The notes under the pieces: model-generated | What the model was told of the DNA's origin: nothing | Database searches by the model: none | What the model saw: the letters and a program-made list of their open reading frames with translations, nothing else | Translations under genes and position numbers: made by a program | IMG/VR virus record: IMGVR_UViG_3300035682_000017 | Location: 1-64,000 of that record | From: a virus | DNA length: 64,000 nt | Direction: 5' to 3' (one strand) | Shown: piece by piece, positions 14,796 through 25,668 of the stretch | Layout: every line of letters starts with the position of its first letter | Numbering within the stretch: the stretch's first letter is position 1

Positions 14796-17015
14796 ATGAG
14801 TAATGAGTTAGGAAAAATATATGAGGAAATTCCTCATTTTGATAATGGTGTTTGGACAACTAAAAGTTATTCATCAAGAGAAGAATTCAATCAGGATCTA
14901 ACAGATAATTATTTTAAAGAACCTGGTGAATACTTTTTAGATGAAACAATTGAAGTGTTTCAAGCTCCAGCATTACATTTTAGAAAACATGGTTATTACA
15001 CAGATGCTTTAGAAGGAACTAGAGATTTTATTAATTACTGGGATTCAGAAAAATTAAAATCTCGCAAGGGATGTTTCTTTTCTAATAATGGAAAGCATTG
15101 GTATCTTCCGCGTGATTATTACTTCTTTATAAACTTTGTACAAATTCCAGATAAGGTAAAAAAAGAAGATGACTTTACAGACATTTGGGATGGTCAGTTG
15201 CATTTAGCACTTTATGAATGGATTGCTGAATTAAGTTATAAACACGGTATAGTATTAAAGAAAAGACAGTTTGGTTCTTCTCTTTACCATGCTGCCAAAT
15301 TATTAAATATACTTTGGTTTGAACAATCTCCAGTATTAAAAATTGGTGCATCATTAGGTGCGTATGTTACTGGTACAACAGGTACATGGAAAATCTTACA
15401 GGCTTATAGAATTTTCTTGAATAAACATACTGCTTGGTATAGACCAATGAATCCTGGAGGTGTTGGAGAATGGCAGCAAAAGATTGAGTATGTAGAGAAT
15501 GGTAGAAAGACTGAAAAAGGTAGAAAGGGTGTACTTCAAGCATTATCATTTGAACAATCTGATACAGCCGGTGTAGGGGGTTTATGTACTTTGTTTTTCT
15601 ATGAGGAAGCTGGAATTGCTAAATCAATGGATAAAACTTACGAGTTCATGAAACCAGCAATGGAGTCTGGAGATATTACTACAGGTTTTTTTGTAGCCGC
15701 AGGTTCTGTAGGGGATTTAAAACAATGTGATCCTCTAAAAAAATACATCACCTTTCCTGAAGCAAATGATTTCTTAGAAGTACGCAACAAGTATGTTGAT
15801 GAAAAAGGCACTATAGGAATGACTGGAATGTTTATACCAGAACAATGGTCAATGCCACCATACATTGATACCTATGGAAATTCAGATGTAGAAACTGCAC
15901 TTGCTGCCATTAAAGAAAAAAGAATTAAATGGAAGAAAGATTTAGATCCTGAATTATATCAGTTACGTATTTCACAGCATCCAATAAACCTTGAAGAAGC
16001 ATTTGCATTTAGAGGTGAAAGTATATTTCCAGTTCAAGTTGTTAAGTCTAATAAGAGATCAATTGAAGATGGAGATTTTCCTTTTAAATCATACAAGTTA
16101 GAATTTGATTCAGAAGGCAGAGTTGTTGCAGAGCTTACTAAAAAAGCACCAATAACTGAATTTCCAATTACAAAAAATGCAGAAGATAAAACTGGTGTAA
16201 TTCAAGTATGGGAAGAACCTGATGAAGAAAAAGATTTCTGTACAACATATTTTGCATCTGTCGATCCAGTTGGTGAAGGTAAAACTACAACTTCTGAATC
16301 CTTGTGTTCAATTTATATTTATAAGAATCCTATTCAGGTTCAAAGAGTAAATGTAAATGGAGATGTAGAAAATTTTATTGAAGGTGATAAAATTGTTGCA
16401 GCATGGTGTGGTCGTTTTGATGATATTAATAAAACCCATGAAAGATTGGAATTAATGATTGAGTGGTATCAGGCTTGGACATTAGTTGAAAATAACATAG
16501 GTTTATTCATCCAATACATGCAGTTTAAAAGAAAACAAAAGTATTTGGTTCCATCTAGTCAAATGGTTTTATCAAAAGAGATACAGCAAGCTAAAACGCA
16601 GTTTCAAGCATATGGTTGGAGAAACGTATCCACTTTGTTTAAAAGTACAATGTTAAGTTACTTGATAGAGTTTGTAAGTGAAGAGTTAGATCAAGAAACA
16701 GATGCTCATGGTAAAGTGTATAAAACCCATTATGGAATAAGTCGAATTCCAGATATAATGGCAATGGTGGAGATGGAACAATACCAACCAGGACTCAACG
16801 TGGATAGGCTTGTTTCTTTAGCTGCATTGATTACCTTTATAAAAATTCAAGAATCTAATAGGGGAATTAAGAAAAGAACTGAATATGAAAACGAAAGTCA
16901 CTTGGATAATTCAGAAAAATTCACTAAATTAATAAGGTCACCTTTTAAAAATATTGGGAAATCTAGTAGTATGTCAAGTAATAGATCAAGAAATCCTTTT
17001 AAAAATATCAGGTAG
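14796..17015 (+). CDS. terL: Terminase large subunit
   Basis: Walker A KKRQFGSS, Walker B FFYEEAG, nuclease motifs YFASVDP, LVENN and NVDR; crAss-like type. Confidence 0.92.
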   Translation: MSNELGKIYEEIPHFDNGVWTTKSYSSREEFNQDLTDNYFKEPGEYFLDETIEVFQAPALHFRKHGYYTDALEGTRDFINYWDSEKLKSRKGCFFSNNGKHWYLPRDYYFFINFVQIPDKVKKEDDFTDIWDGQLHLALYEWIAELSYKHGIVLKKRQFGSSLYHAAKLLNILWFEQSPVLKIGASLGAYVTGTTGTWKILQAYRIFLNKHTAWYRPMNPGGVGEWQQKIEYVENGRKTEKGRKGVLQALSFEQSDTAGVGGLCTLFFYEEAGIAKSMDKTYEFMKPAMESGDITTGFFVAAGSVGDLKQCDPLKKYITFPEANDFLEVRNKYVDEKGTIGMTGMFIPEQWSMPPYIDTYGNSDVETALAAIKEKRIKWKKDLDPELYQLRISQHPINLEEAFAFRGESIFPVQVVKSNKRSIEDGDFPFKSYKLEFDSEGRVVAELTKKAPITEFPITKNAEDKTGVIQVWEEPDEEKDFCTTYFASVDPVGEGKTTTSESLCSIYIYKNPIQVQRVNVNGDVENFIEGDKIVAAWCGRFDDINKTHERLELMIEWYQAWTLVENNIGLFIQYMQFKRKQKYLVPSSQMVLSKEIQQAKTQFQAYGWRNVSTLFKSTMLSYLIEFVSEELDQETDAHGKVYKTHYGISRIPDIMAMVEMEQYQPGLNVDRLVSLAALITFIKIQESNRGIKKRTEYENESHLDNSEKFTKLIRSPFKNIGKSSSMSSNRSRNPFKNIR

Positions 17016-17040
17016 TTAAAACAATTAAAATTAAAATAGT

Positions 17041-19779
17041 ATGGAAATAATAAATGCAATGAGCATTAAAAAAGGTAAAAAAACCAAAAATAATAAGTTT
17101 GGTGTATTTACTCAACCAATACAGTTTTTACCAATTGAAGAAAAAGATGATGAATGGACAAGACATAATCTTGATTGGATGGAATGGCAAGGTATTAAAC
17201 AAATTTTTGGTAAGGCTCGCAGGTTAATGAAAAACTATAAACTTGCAAAAGGTACTATTGATAAAAGTGATTATATTCCAAGTGAGCAAAATGAATATGC
17301 AGAGATGATTGATGTTCTTACTGAATATAATGATGAAGGCGCACTTGAATTAAAATTTTATCCAATCATTCCAAATATTGTAAATGTATTAACTTCTGAA
17401 TTTGCAAAAAGAAATACAAGGATTGACTATAGAGCTGTAGATGAATATTCCTATAATGAAGTTATGGAGAAAAAATCTCAAGCTATTTCTGAAGTTTTAA
17501 TTGAAGATGCAAAACAAAACATGTTAGCGGAGTTACTTAAAATGGGATTAAGTCCTGATTCTCCACAAGCACAAGAAAAATTAGATCCAGAAGTAATTAA
17601 AAAATTACCAGGAATTCAAGAGTTTTATTCTAAAAAATATGTTACTCTTACTGAACAATGGGCTTCTAAACAACATCAAATAGATGTTAATAGATTTAGA
17701 ATGGATGAGTTAGAAGAAACTGCATTTAGAGATATGCTTGTAACTGATTCTGAATTTTGGCATTATAGAATGTTTGATACAGACTATGCTGTAGAAGTTT
17801 TAAATCCACCATTGACATTTTATCATAAGTCACCAAATGTTCAATACATATCCCAAGCAAACTGGGCTGGTTATATTGAAATGCTTACTATAGCAGATGT
17901 TATAGACAAGTATGGTTACATTATGGATGATGAACAAATTCAAACATTGGAATTATTACACCCAGCACGTTCTGCAAGAAACATGATGGATGGTATTCCT
18001 AATGATGGTTCACTATACAACAGTGACACATCCTATGAGCAAAATAGAAAATCAGGTGTAGATATGAAACGCCACTTGTCTTTCTTGGATAATCATTATG
18101 ATACACATGATATTGTTTCTTGGATTGTAGGACAAAGTGAACATACAGGATTATTAAATAATGCAGGTATGTTGCGTGTTACTACAGCCTATTGGAAAAC
18201 ACAACGTAAAGTTGGATTGCTTACATCTATTGCTGAAGACGGTTCAGTTTTTTCTGATATTGTTGATGAAACATTTAAAATGGCAAACAAGCCTGTTTAC
18301 AACAACACATTTAATAAAAACAAAGTTGCTGAAAATTTAATTTTTGGTGATCATATTGAATGGATGTGGATTAATCAAGCTTGGGGTGGTGTTAAAATTG
18401 GTAACAACCGTACAATTTTTAACTCAACTACTGATTCTGATTTTGATCCATTGTATATTGGTATAGATGCAAAAAAACCAGGACCTCTTAAATTTCAATT
18501 TAAAAGTGATTCTTCAATGTATGGTTGTAAATTACCAATTGAAGGAAGAGTCTTTTCTGATAGAAATAGTAAATCAATGTCAATGGTTGATTTATTAAAA
18601 CCTTCTCAAATTGGATTTAACATAGTTAATAACCAAATCTCCGACATTCTTATTGATGAGATTGGAACTGTTGTTGTACTTGACCAAAATGCATTACCAA
18701 AGCATTCTATGGGTGAAGACTGGGGGAAAGGTAACTTAGCCAAAGCATATGTAGCAATGAAAGATTTTTCAATGCTTCCATTGGATACAAGTATTTCCAA
18801 TACAGAAAGTGCTACAAACTTCCAGCATTACCAACAATTAAATCTTGAGCAAACAAATAGATTGATGTCAAGAATACAACTGGCAAACTATTTCAAGCAA
18901 CAAGCAATGGAAATTATTGGTTTGAGTCCTCAAAGACTTGGAATGCAACTTGGACAAATCAATACAGCTACTGGAGTAGAACAAGCAGTTGCTGCATCTT
19001 ATGTACAAACTGAAGTTTACTTTGCTCAACACTGTGATCAACTTATGCCTAGAGTGCATCAAATGAGAACGGATGTTGCTCAATTTTATCACTCAACAAT
19101 AGATACTGTTAAACTCAAAGGAATGATTTCTTCTGATGAAAGAACAAACTTTGAAATTAACGGAACTGATTTATTACTTGCTGACCTTAATGTATTTTGT
19201 GCTACAAATGCTAATCAAAGAACTATACTTGAAAATTTAAAACAGTTGTTCATGACTAACAATACATCTGGAGCAAGTGTATATGATTTAGGTAGAATGA
19301 TGCAAACTGATTCAATAGGAACATTAAACACTGTTCTTAAAAATATTGAAATCAAGGGAGAAGAGCTTCGTCAACAACAAGCTGCTCATGAGAAAGAAAT
19401 GCAAGAAGCTGAAATTAAAGCTAAACAACAAGAAAAACAACTTGCTTTTGATCATGAATCCAGAGAGAAAGAAAAAGACCGTAGAGCACGTTTACTTGAA
19501 GCTGAAATCAAATCTGCAGGATATGGTTCAATGCAAGACATTAATAAAAACGAAGAGTCTGATTATGTTGATGCCTTAAAGGTTGTTAAAGATTCTGAAC
19601 AATACCAGGATACTATGAACTTCAATAGAGAAAAAGAATCAAGCAAATCTAATATAGCACAACAAAAAATTGACTTGGACCGTGAAAAATTAATGGCTGA
19701 TCAAAGAAACAAACAGTTAGAGTTTGCAATTGCTAGAGAAAATAAAAATAAATATGATCAGAAAAAACCTAATAAATAA
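17041..19779 (+). CDS. Portal protein
   Basis: 912 aa after terL; FYPIIPNIVNVL..E, IIGLSPQRLG and TATGVEQAV motifs; C-terminal coiled coil. Confidence 0.88.
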   Translation: MEIINAMSIKKGKKTKNNKFGVFTQPIQFLPIEEKDDEWTRHNLDWMEWQGIKQIFGKARRLMKNYKLAKGTIDKSDYIPSEQNEYAEMIDVLTEYNDEGALELKFYPIIPNIVNVLTSEFAKRNTRIDYRAVDEYSYNEVMEKKSQAISEVLIEDAKQNMLAELLKMGLSPDSPQAQEKLDPEVIKKLPGIQEFYSKKYVTLTEQWASKQHQIDVNRFRMDELEETAFRDMLVTDSEFWHYRMFDTDYAVEVLNPPLTFYHKSPNVQYISQANWAGYIEMLTIADVIDKYGYIMDDEQIQTLELLHPARSARNMMDGIPNDGSLYNSDTSYEQNRKSGVDMKRHLSFLDNHYDTHDIVSWIVGQSEHTGLLNNAGMLRVTTAYWKTQRKVGLLTSIAEDGSVFSDIVDETFKMANKPVYNNTFNKNKVAENLIFGDHIEWMWINQAWGGVKIGNNRTIFNSTTDSDFDPLYIGIDAKKPGPLKFQFKSDSSMYGCKLPIEGRVFSDRNSKSMSMVDLLKPSQIGFNIVNNQISDILIDEIGTVVVLDQNALPKHSMGEDWGKGNLAKAYVAMKDFSMLPLDTSISNTESATNFQHYQQLNLEQTNRLMSRIQLANYFKQQAMEIIGLSPQRLGMQLGQINTATGVEQAVAASYVQTEVYFAQHCDQLMPRVHQMRTDVAQFYHSTIDTVKLKGMISSDERTNFEINGTDLLLADLNVFCATNANQRTILENLKQLFMTNNTSGASVYDLGRMMQTDSIGTLNTVLKNIEIKGEELRQQQAAHEKEMQEAEIKAKQQEKQLAFDHESREKEKDRRARLLEAEIKSAGYGSMQDINKNEESDYVDALKVVKDSEQYQDTMNFNREKESSKSNIAQQKIDLDREKLMADQRNKQLEFAIARENKNKYDQKKPNK

Positions 19780-19915
19780 TGAAATAGTATTTTTTAGCCA
19801 TATACTGCATAAAAATTAGTTTAAACCTAAAAATAGTTAAATATATTATGTTTAAAATAAGATATTTTTGCTTATATTATATATAGTCAGTTATTAACCA
19901 AACCAACCAACCAAC

Positions 19916-21166
19916 ATGACAGAAGAAGAAAAAATCGCAGCAGCGGCTGCAGCCACTTCAGGCATTGAAGAGGTAGACTTTGACAACTTAGATGATCTGC
20001 TAGGAATTTCATCTTCAGTACTTACACCTGAAGAAAAACCACAAACTGTTTTGTCATCAGCTAGAGTGGATTTAGACTTTTTAGATGATGAGGATAGTGA
20101 AAAAGGTTTAGAAAACGCTTCTCAAGAAAAACTTGAAAGTGTAGTTTCTGATTTAGTTGACAACGCAGATCAAGATGACCAAGAAGATCAAACAGTAAAT
20201 AAAGGTGGTAGACCAAAACTTGTAAAAGATGCAATGGTTGAAGCTGCTACTAGAATGATTGAAAAAGGAATCTTACAGCCATTTGATGATGATAAACTTT
20301 TATCTGATTATACAGTAGAAGATTTTGAAGAATTGATTCAGGCTAACATTGAAAGTAAAGTAACAACTACTGCACAAGTTGCACCAGTTGAATTATTCAA
20401 AACTTTACCACAAGATGTGCAAGCGGTTGTTAAGTACGCATTAGATGGAGGCCAAGATACTAAAGCGGTATTCCAACAGTTAGCAAAAGTTAATGAAACT
20501 TTTGACTTAGATGTTGAAGATGAAACAGATCAAGAGCAGATTATTCGTGAATGGTATAATGCTTTAGGTACATATGATTCAGTAGAGGAACTTGAAGATG
20601 AACTTAATATCATAAAAGATAGAGGGGATTTAAGAAAGTATGCTGAAAGATATAAACCAAAGTTAGATGCCAAACAAGCTGAAATTGTTGAGAAAAAACT
20701 TAAAGAGCAAAACTTAGCAAAAGAACGCAAAGAAAAAGCAGCGGAACAGTACAGAGGTACTATAGCAAATACATTAAATGCAACACACTTGAATGGATTA
20801 CCACTTACGGAAAAAGTTCAAAACATGTTGTATTACGGTTTAGTTGATGCTAGTAGATACCAAAATGCAGAAGGTAGACAAACCAATGCATTAGGGTTTT
20901 TATTAGAACAACATCAATTTGGACCAAAACCAAATCCTTCATTAGTAGCTGAAGCGTTATGGTTACTTGCTGATCCTGAAGATTACAGAACTGCTATTAA
21001 AAAAACTGTGGAGAAATCTACAAATGAAAAAACAGCACGTATGTTAAGAACAGAACAAGCATCAAGTAAACAAGCATCAAGTTCTAGTATAGAAGGTGAG
21101 AGAGGGCAAACACAAACTAGGAAGCAACCAATACAGCGACCTAACAGAAACATTTTCTCAAGATAA
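19916..21166 (+). CDS. Acidic scaffold-like protein
   Basis: Very acidic N-terminal half and coiled coil; lies between portal and major capsid gene as in crAss-like phages. Confidence 0.65.
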   Translation: MTEEEKIAAAAAATSGIEEVDFDNLDDLLGISSSVLTPEEKPQTVLSSARVDLDFLDDEDSEKGLENASQEKLESVVSDLVDNADQDDQEDQTVNKGGRPKLVKDAMVEAATRMIEKGILQPFDDDKLLSDYTVEDFEELIQANIESKVTTTAQVAPVELFKTLPQDVQAVVKYALDGGQDTKAVFQQLAKVNETFDLDVEDETDQEQIIREWYNALGTYDSVEELEDELNIIKDRGDLRKYAERYKPKLDAKQAEIVEKKLKEQNLAKERKEKAAEQYRGTIANTLNATHLNGLPLTEKVQNMLYYGLVDASRYQNAEGRQTNALGFLLEQHQFGPKPNPSLVAEALWLLADPEDYRTAIKKTVEKSTNEKTARMLRTEQASSKQASSSSIEGERGQTQTRKQPIQRPNRNIFSR

Positions 21167-21194
21167 ATTTGTAACAATTAAATAAATAAATAAA

Positions 21195-22811
21195 ATGAGT
21201 ACACCAGTTTTAAATAACGGACTCTTATTAAGAGAGAACAGTTATCAAGCTTCTTCTCACGTTGATTCATTTCACTTGATGAATTTGATGAAAGATGCTC
21301 AACCAGATGATTTAGGTCCAATTGAATTATGGGCTCAAGTTAAGAAAGTTGAGATGCCTTTGTATAAAATGTCATCATTCAATGGAAAAAACGTAATTGA
21401 AGTAAACCACCCAAGAGGTGAATACAAGTGGAGCACACCTGTATCTGAAGAATTACCATACATTGTTGAAAACATTGAAGCTGGTCTTAATTTAGGTGAA
21501 GATGGAACTCCATTCCGTATTAAATTAAACAAACGTGTTTTTGGTCACGGTGACATCATCACTTATGATAAATTCAATGGTATTGAGTTATTCATTACTG
21601 ATGCTGACATCCTTGATGTAGGTGATGGATTTATCTACACAGTACAAATGCCTAATTTAGATTCTACAAGAGTTTTCCCAGCGGATAAATTCTTAACATC
21701 TCAAACTTATTTCTTTAGAGTAGGTTCTGCAAAAGGTGAGTACGGTGAGAAATATTCTGATCTTTCTATGACTCACTCAACACGTGAGTTCTACAACTAC
21801 GTAGGTAATGCTGATGCACACGTACATTACACAGTTTCTAATCGCGTTAAGTTGATGGAAATGGGTGGTATGAAAGCTGATGGTTCAGTTCCTGTAGTTG
21901 AGATTTGGAAAAACTTTGATACAAATGTTGATCCATCTGTGAACACTTTAGAAGGAATGGTTGCATCTAAAGGTAAAGATTACGTTAAAAAATCAATTGA
22001 TAACGGAAATCTTGTTAGATCTTTCATCACTAAAATGGAAGCAGCTCACCTTTCTAAAATTGCTTATGATATTGAAACTTACCTTATGTGGGGTAAAGGT
22101 GGTCGTATCAAGCAAGATGGACCAGATGATTTACGTTTATCAGTTGGACTTTGGAAACAATTAGATTTGTCTTTCAAACATGTTTACAACAAAGCTGATT
22201 TCCGTTTAGATGTATTCCGTTCTGAAATTTTCAATTTCTACAATGGTAAAGTTGATTTCCAAGGACCAGATCCAAGCCGTGAACTTATTGTTCAAACAGG
22301 TATGGGAGGTATGCGTTTAATCAATGAAGCTATTAAGCGTGAAGCAATGTCTTCTGGTTTAGTTATGAATGCTAAAGAATTAGGAGCAGTAACTAATCAA
22401 GGAATGGATTTAGGATTTGGATTCTCTTTCACATCTTACACAATTCCTTTCTTAGCAAACATCAAGTTTGTATTGAACCCTGCGTTTGATAACTTACAAA
22501 ACAATGAGATTGAAAATCCATTGATTGATGGTTACAGATTATCTTCTTATTCCTTCATCGTATTTGATGTTACTGAAAATGGTTCAGACAACATTAAATT
22601 ATTGAAATGTGCTTGGAATAAAGAATTACAATGGAGATATGTAAATGGTACTATGGATTATATGGGAAGATCTCAAGGATTCCAATCTTCAGGTAACTTT
22701 AATGGATACCAAATCTACATGACACAGGCTATGCCAGCGATCAAAGTAGAAGATCCAACTAAAGTATTGAAAATTGTTATGAGAAACCCATTAACAGGTG
22801 GTTCATTATAA
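21195..22811 (+). CDS. Major capsid protein
   Basis: 538 aa; strongly biased codon use (CGT, TTC, AAC); position after portal and scaffold; LMWGKGG...GLWKQL and VQTG.GG motifs; followed by a terminator. Confidence 0.85.
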   Translation: MSTPVLNNGLLLRENSYQASSHVDSFHLMNLMKDAQPDDLGPIELWAQVKKVEMPLYKMSSFNGKNVIEVNHPRGEYKWSTPVSEELPYIVENIEAGLNLGEDGTPFRIKLNKRVFGHGDIITYDKFNGIELFITDADILDVGDGFIYTVQMPNLDSTRVFPADKFLTSQTYFFRVGSAKGEYGEKYSDLSMTHSTREFYNYVGNADAHVHYTVSNRVKLMEMGGMKADGSVPVVEIWKNFDTNVDPSVNTLEGMVASKGKDYVKKSIDNGNLVRSFITKMEAAHLSKIAYDIETYLMWGKGGRIKQDGPDDLRLSVGLWKQLDLSFKHVYNKADFRLDVFRSEIFNFYNGKVDFQGPDPSRELIVQTGMGGMRLINEAIKREAMSSGLVMNAKELGAVTNQGMDLGFGFSFTSYTIPFLANIKFVLNPAFDNLQNNEIENPLIDGYRLSSYSFIVFDVTENGSDNIKLLKCAWNKELQWRYVNGTMDYMGRSQGFQSSGNFNGYQIYMTQAMPAIKVEDPTKVLKIVMRNPLTGGSL

Positions 22812-22824
22812 TATTAACTAAAAG

Positions 22825-22865
22825 AAGGAGTTAGTCAGGCAACCCCCTGGCTACTCCTTTTTTTT
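22825..22865 (+). terminator. Intrinsic terminator
   Basis: AAGGAGT.AGTCAGG...CCTGGCTACTCCTT followed by a T run. Confidence 0.8.
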
Positions 22866-22877
22866 AATACTTTAATT

Positions 22878-23132
22878 ATGTCAATTATATTATTTAAAGC
22901 CGAAAGTCCAGATCCAACTTTACAAAAAAGAAATTATGAAGAAGGTCAACTTGCACGTTTAGCTCATGTAAATGAATTAGCCGATCAAATTAAATCTCAA
23001 ATTTCTAAAATTGAAAAATTGGGTGATACTGTTAGTTTAACAACAGCGTGGACAACATCTCAACCAATAGTTGAATCTAGGTTAGATGCTATTGAAGCAA
23101 AATTAGATGCTATTATAACAGCATTATCATAA
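22878..23132 (+). CDS. Small virion-associated coiled-coil protein
   Basis: 84 aa; LARLAHVN motif; C-terminal heptads. Confidence 0.7.
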   Translation: MSIILFKAESPDPTLQKRNYEEGQLARLAHVNELADQIKSQISKIEKLGDTVSLTTAWTTSQPIVESRLDAIEAKLDAIITALS

Positions 23133-23138
23133 ATTAAG

Positions 23139-23172
23139 AAAAGCAGTTCTAATAGTTTAGAACTGCTTTTTT
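23139..23172 (+). terminator. Intrinsic terminator
   Basis: AAAAGCAGTTCTA-atagtt-TAGAACTGCTTTTT. Confidence 0.85.
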
Positions 23173-23207
23173 ATTAAATTTGTCAGTAAACCAACCAACT
23201 ATTAATT

Positions 23208-24194
23208 ATGACACAAAATTTAAAACCTGGAAAAGTACGCGTTAAGGCATACTGTGATCCAACAAATGAAAACATGGGTTTAGAAAATTACAACTATGTT
23301 GTATTTCCAAACACATTTCAAGTAGAAAGTTTAGCGGCAGTTGAACAAAACGGAAAGGTTATTTATTTAACAGGGTTAAATGAATTTGCTCCATTTGTGA
23401 AATCTATTAAAGATGAACAAAAAAGAACCGCAGTAATTAAAGACATCAGAGAAACTGTTGCATTACTTGAAAGAGAAAGAGGCTTTAATGATATTAAAAC
23501 CGATGACAAAGACTTCTGGGCTAAAGTGCAAACCTTTAAGTCAGACAATGCTGAAGTATTCGGTACAATGAATTTAAGATTAGGAAATGATGATTTAATT
23601 TTGGATACACAAAATTTAGATCACGTGTTAATCATTAAAGCTATTGAAGGTGGAGGTTTTTCACTTGTTGCTTCTTCTTATGAAGATGCTAGAAGATTTG
23701 GAAAAAAATGGTACTTGGATAGACAAATAGATACAGTAGCAAGTAAAATTTCTGTTACTAAATTACGTAACAAAGCTTTATCTATTTTAGCTTCTATATC
23801 AGATGACAATCCAAGAAAACTATATTACATTGCTAAAAATGCAGATGGAAACAGCATTCAGTATAACAATAGAACATTAGCAGATGTTGTTTATGATAAC
23901 ATGGATAAATTCATTAATGGTTTAGGTCATGAAGGTGATAAAAAAAGAGCTGCACAATTCTTTATTGATTTGTCTGAATTAAGTAATGAGGAACTTAAAT
24001 TAAAAGCTGTTATTAAAGATGCAATTTATTATAAATTTATTGCTTCAAAATCTGATGGCGTTTTATATGAAGTTTCTAAAAATGTCATTATGGGTAGAAA
24101 TTCTGCAGAAGTGTTAGAGTTTTTAAAGAATCCAGGTAATGATGATTTATTAGATACCTTGTTAGCTAAGGTTGAAGATGTTTGGTCAAAATAA
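23208..24194 (+). CDS. Conserved crAss-like capsid-module protein
   Basis: 328 aa downstream of the major capsid gene; preceded by a TAAATTTG promoter element at 23175. Confidence 0.7.
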   Translation: MTQNLKPGKVRVKAYCDPTNENMGLENYNYVVFPNTFQVESLAAVEQNGKVIYLTGLNEFAPFVKSIKDEQKRTAVIKDIRETVALLERERGFNDIKTDDKDFWAKVQTFKSDNAEVFGTMNLRLGNDDLILDTQNLDHVLIIKAIEGGGFSLVASSYEDARRFGKKWYLDRQIDTVASKISVTKLRNKALSILASISDDNPRKLYYIAKNADGNSIQYNNRTLADVVYDNMDKFINGLGHEGDKKRAAQFFIDLSELSNEELKLKAVIKDAIYYKFIASKSDGVLYEVSKNVIMGRNSAEVLEFLKNPGNDDLLDTLLAKVEDVWSK

Positions 24195-24220
24195 AAAATA
24201 AATATAAACTAAAAATAATT

Positions 24221-24661
24221 ATGGCAACACCACTAAAACCTTCTGAAGAGTACATGTACAATTGGACAAATAGATCTGTCCTGGATTTTGCTAAAGCAAT
24301 AGCTCCTGAACCAAGTGAAACAAAAGCTCTTGTAAATGTAACAACTGCAGTTAATATGCCTTTAACAACTGTAGCTAACAAAACTATTTTTAAACTTGTT
24401 ACTCCTCTTGGTGATCCTAATGTTGCAAATATTAGTTTAACTAATTTAGGTGCTCAACAAATTGGTGATCAATTAATACTAATTGCTACCATAAATTCTG
24501 GACCTAACGGAACACTTTTAAATTTTGACAATTCATTTTATTTAACTAGAGCTGGTTCAATAGTTACCTATTTGAATTTTTATTCAAATGAAACTTACAG
24601 ACTTGTTATTACATTTACATATGATGGTACTAAGTTTGTTGCAACAACTGATTTTGGATAA
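24221..24661 (+). CDS. Hypothetical beta-rich structural protein
   Basis: ATG at 24221; C-terminal ITFTYDGTKFV is typical of fibre or decoration domains. Confidence 0.65.
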   Translation: MATPLKPSEEYMYNWTNRSVLDFAKAIAPEPSETKALVNVTTAVNMPLTTVANKTIFKLVTPLGDPNVANISLTNLGAQQIGDQLILIATINSGPNGTLLNFDNSFYLTRAGSIVTYLNFYSNETYRLVITFTYDGTKFVATTDFG

Positions 24662-24667
24662 AATATT

Positions 24668-24796
24668 ATGGCAAAGACAAAAACTACTACAAGTTCAAAA
24701 AAATCAGATTGTGCAGAAAAGGTTAAAAAATCTTTTCAGGCAGGAATGATGATTGGTCGCAACATGAAAAAACCAGTTGACAAAAAGAAAAAGTAA
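24668..24796 (+). CDS. 42-aa lysine-rich micro-protein
   Basis: MAKTKTTTSSKKSDCAEKVKKSF...KKKK*; TAATG coupling. Confidence 0.6.
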   Translation: MAKTKTTTSSKKSDCAEKVKKSFQAGMMIGRNMKKPVDKKKK

Positions 24797-24963
24797 TGGC
24801 AAAGGTTAAAAAAGGTATGGGTTTTAAAGCGGCTCAAAAAAACATTGCTAGTAAACAAGGTATAAGTGAGAAAGCTGCAGGTGCAATACTTGCAGCTTCT
24901 GCTCGCAAAGCATCTCCAGCAGCCAAGGCAAAAAATCCTAATCTAAAAAAAGTTAAAGGGTAA
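24796..24963 (+). CDS. 55-aa Lys/Ala-rich micro-protein
   Basis: MAKVKKGMGFKAAQKNIASKQGISEKAAGAILAASARKASPAAKAKNPNLKKVKG*; TAATG coupling at both ends. Confidence 0.7.
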   Translation: MAKVKKGMGFKAAQKNIASKQGISEKAAGAILAASARKASPAAKAKNPNLKKVKG

Positions 24964-25661
24964 TGAATAATACTACACTTAAAATAAAAGTAAGACAAAG
25001 GCTAAATAAACTTGCTAGTAATGATTATGATAACATTACTGATTGGCAAATTGTTGAAGCTTTTAATAAAGGTACTTTGCAATGGGTTAGAAGAAACCTG
25101 CATGGTTACAATATGCTTAAAGAAGGTGATGAGGAATCTAAAAGAAGAATGACTGATTTACAAGTTCTTCTTAAAGAAAAATCATTAAAAGTATTGAAGC
25201 ATGCTATTGATTGCCATGTGGAATTACCAAATGATTTTATGGAATGGAAAAGAGTATCTGTAAAAGCTAAAGCAAATTGTTGTGATGAAAAACAAATGAT
25301 TACTTACTTGGTAAAAGAAGAAGACATTGACATCCTGTTAAAAGATTTTAATACCAAACCTAATTTCTCATGGGGAGAAACTTTATGCACATTGATTGGA
25401 AACAAGTTAAAAGTTTATACCAATGATGAGTTTGTAGTTACTGATTTAAAATTAACATACTACAAGGTTCCAATAAAAGTTGAGTTTGGCGGTATATCAA
25501 ATGCTTATACTGGTGAAATTTCTAAAAAAGAAATTGTATCTGAATTTAAAGATGATATAGTAGAAGTATTAATTGATGAAGCTGTAAAAATACTTTCTGG
25601 AGATATTGAAAGTGTTACTGCAAATCAAATAGCTGAAAGTAGTACAGAATCTAATAATTAA
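24963..25661 (+). CDS. Head-tail adaptor / ring protein
   Basis: 232 aa; RLNKL.S..Y..I...I..AFN..Q, LP.DFM and LTYYKVP pattern of crAss-like ring proteins. Confidence 0.65.
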   Translation: MNNTTLKIKVRQRLNKLASNDYDNITDWQIVEAFNKGTLQWVRRNLHGYNMLKEGDEESKRRMTDLQVLLKEKSLKVLKHAIDCHVELPNDFMEWKRVSVKAKANCCDEKQMITYLVKEEDIDILLKDFNTKPNFSWGETLCTLIGNKLKVYTNDEFVVTDLKLTYYKVPIKVEFGGISNAYTGEISKKEIVSEFKDDIVEVLIDEAVKILSGDIESVTANQIAESSTESNN

Positions 25662-25668
25662 AAATAAA

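Noticed and set aside
14796-22811. Introns or inteins in the terminase, portal or capsid genes
   Set aside because: The ORFs are continuous, of ordinary size, and show no intein or homing-endonuclease motifs.
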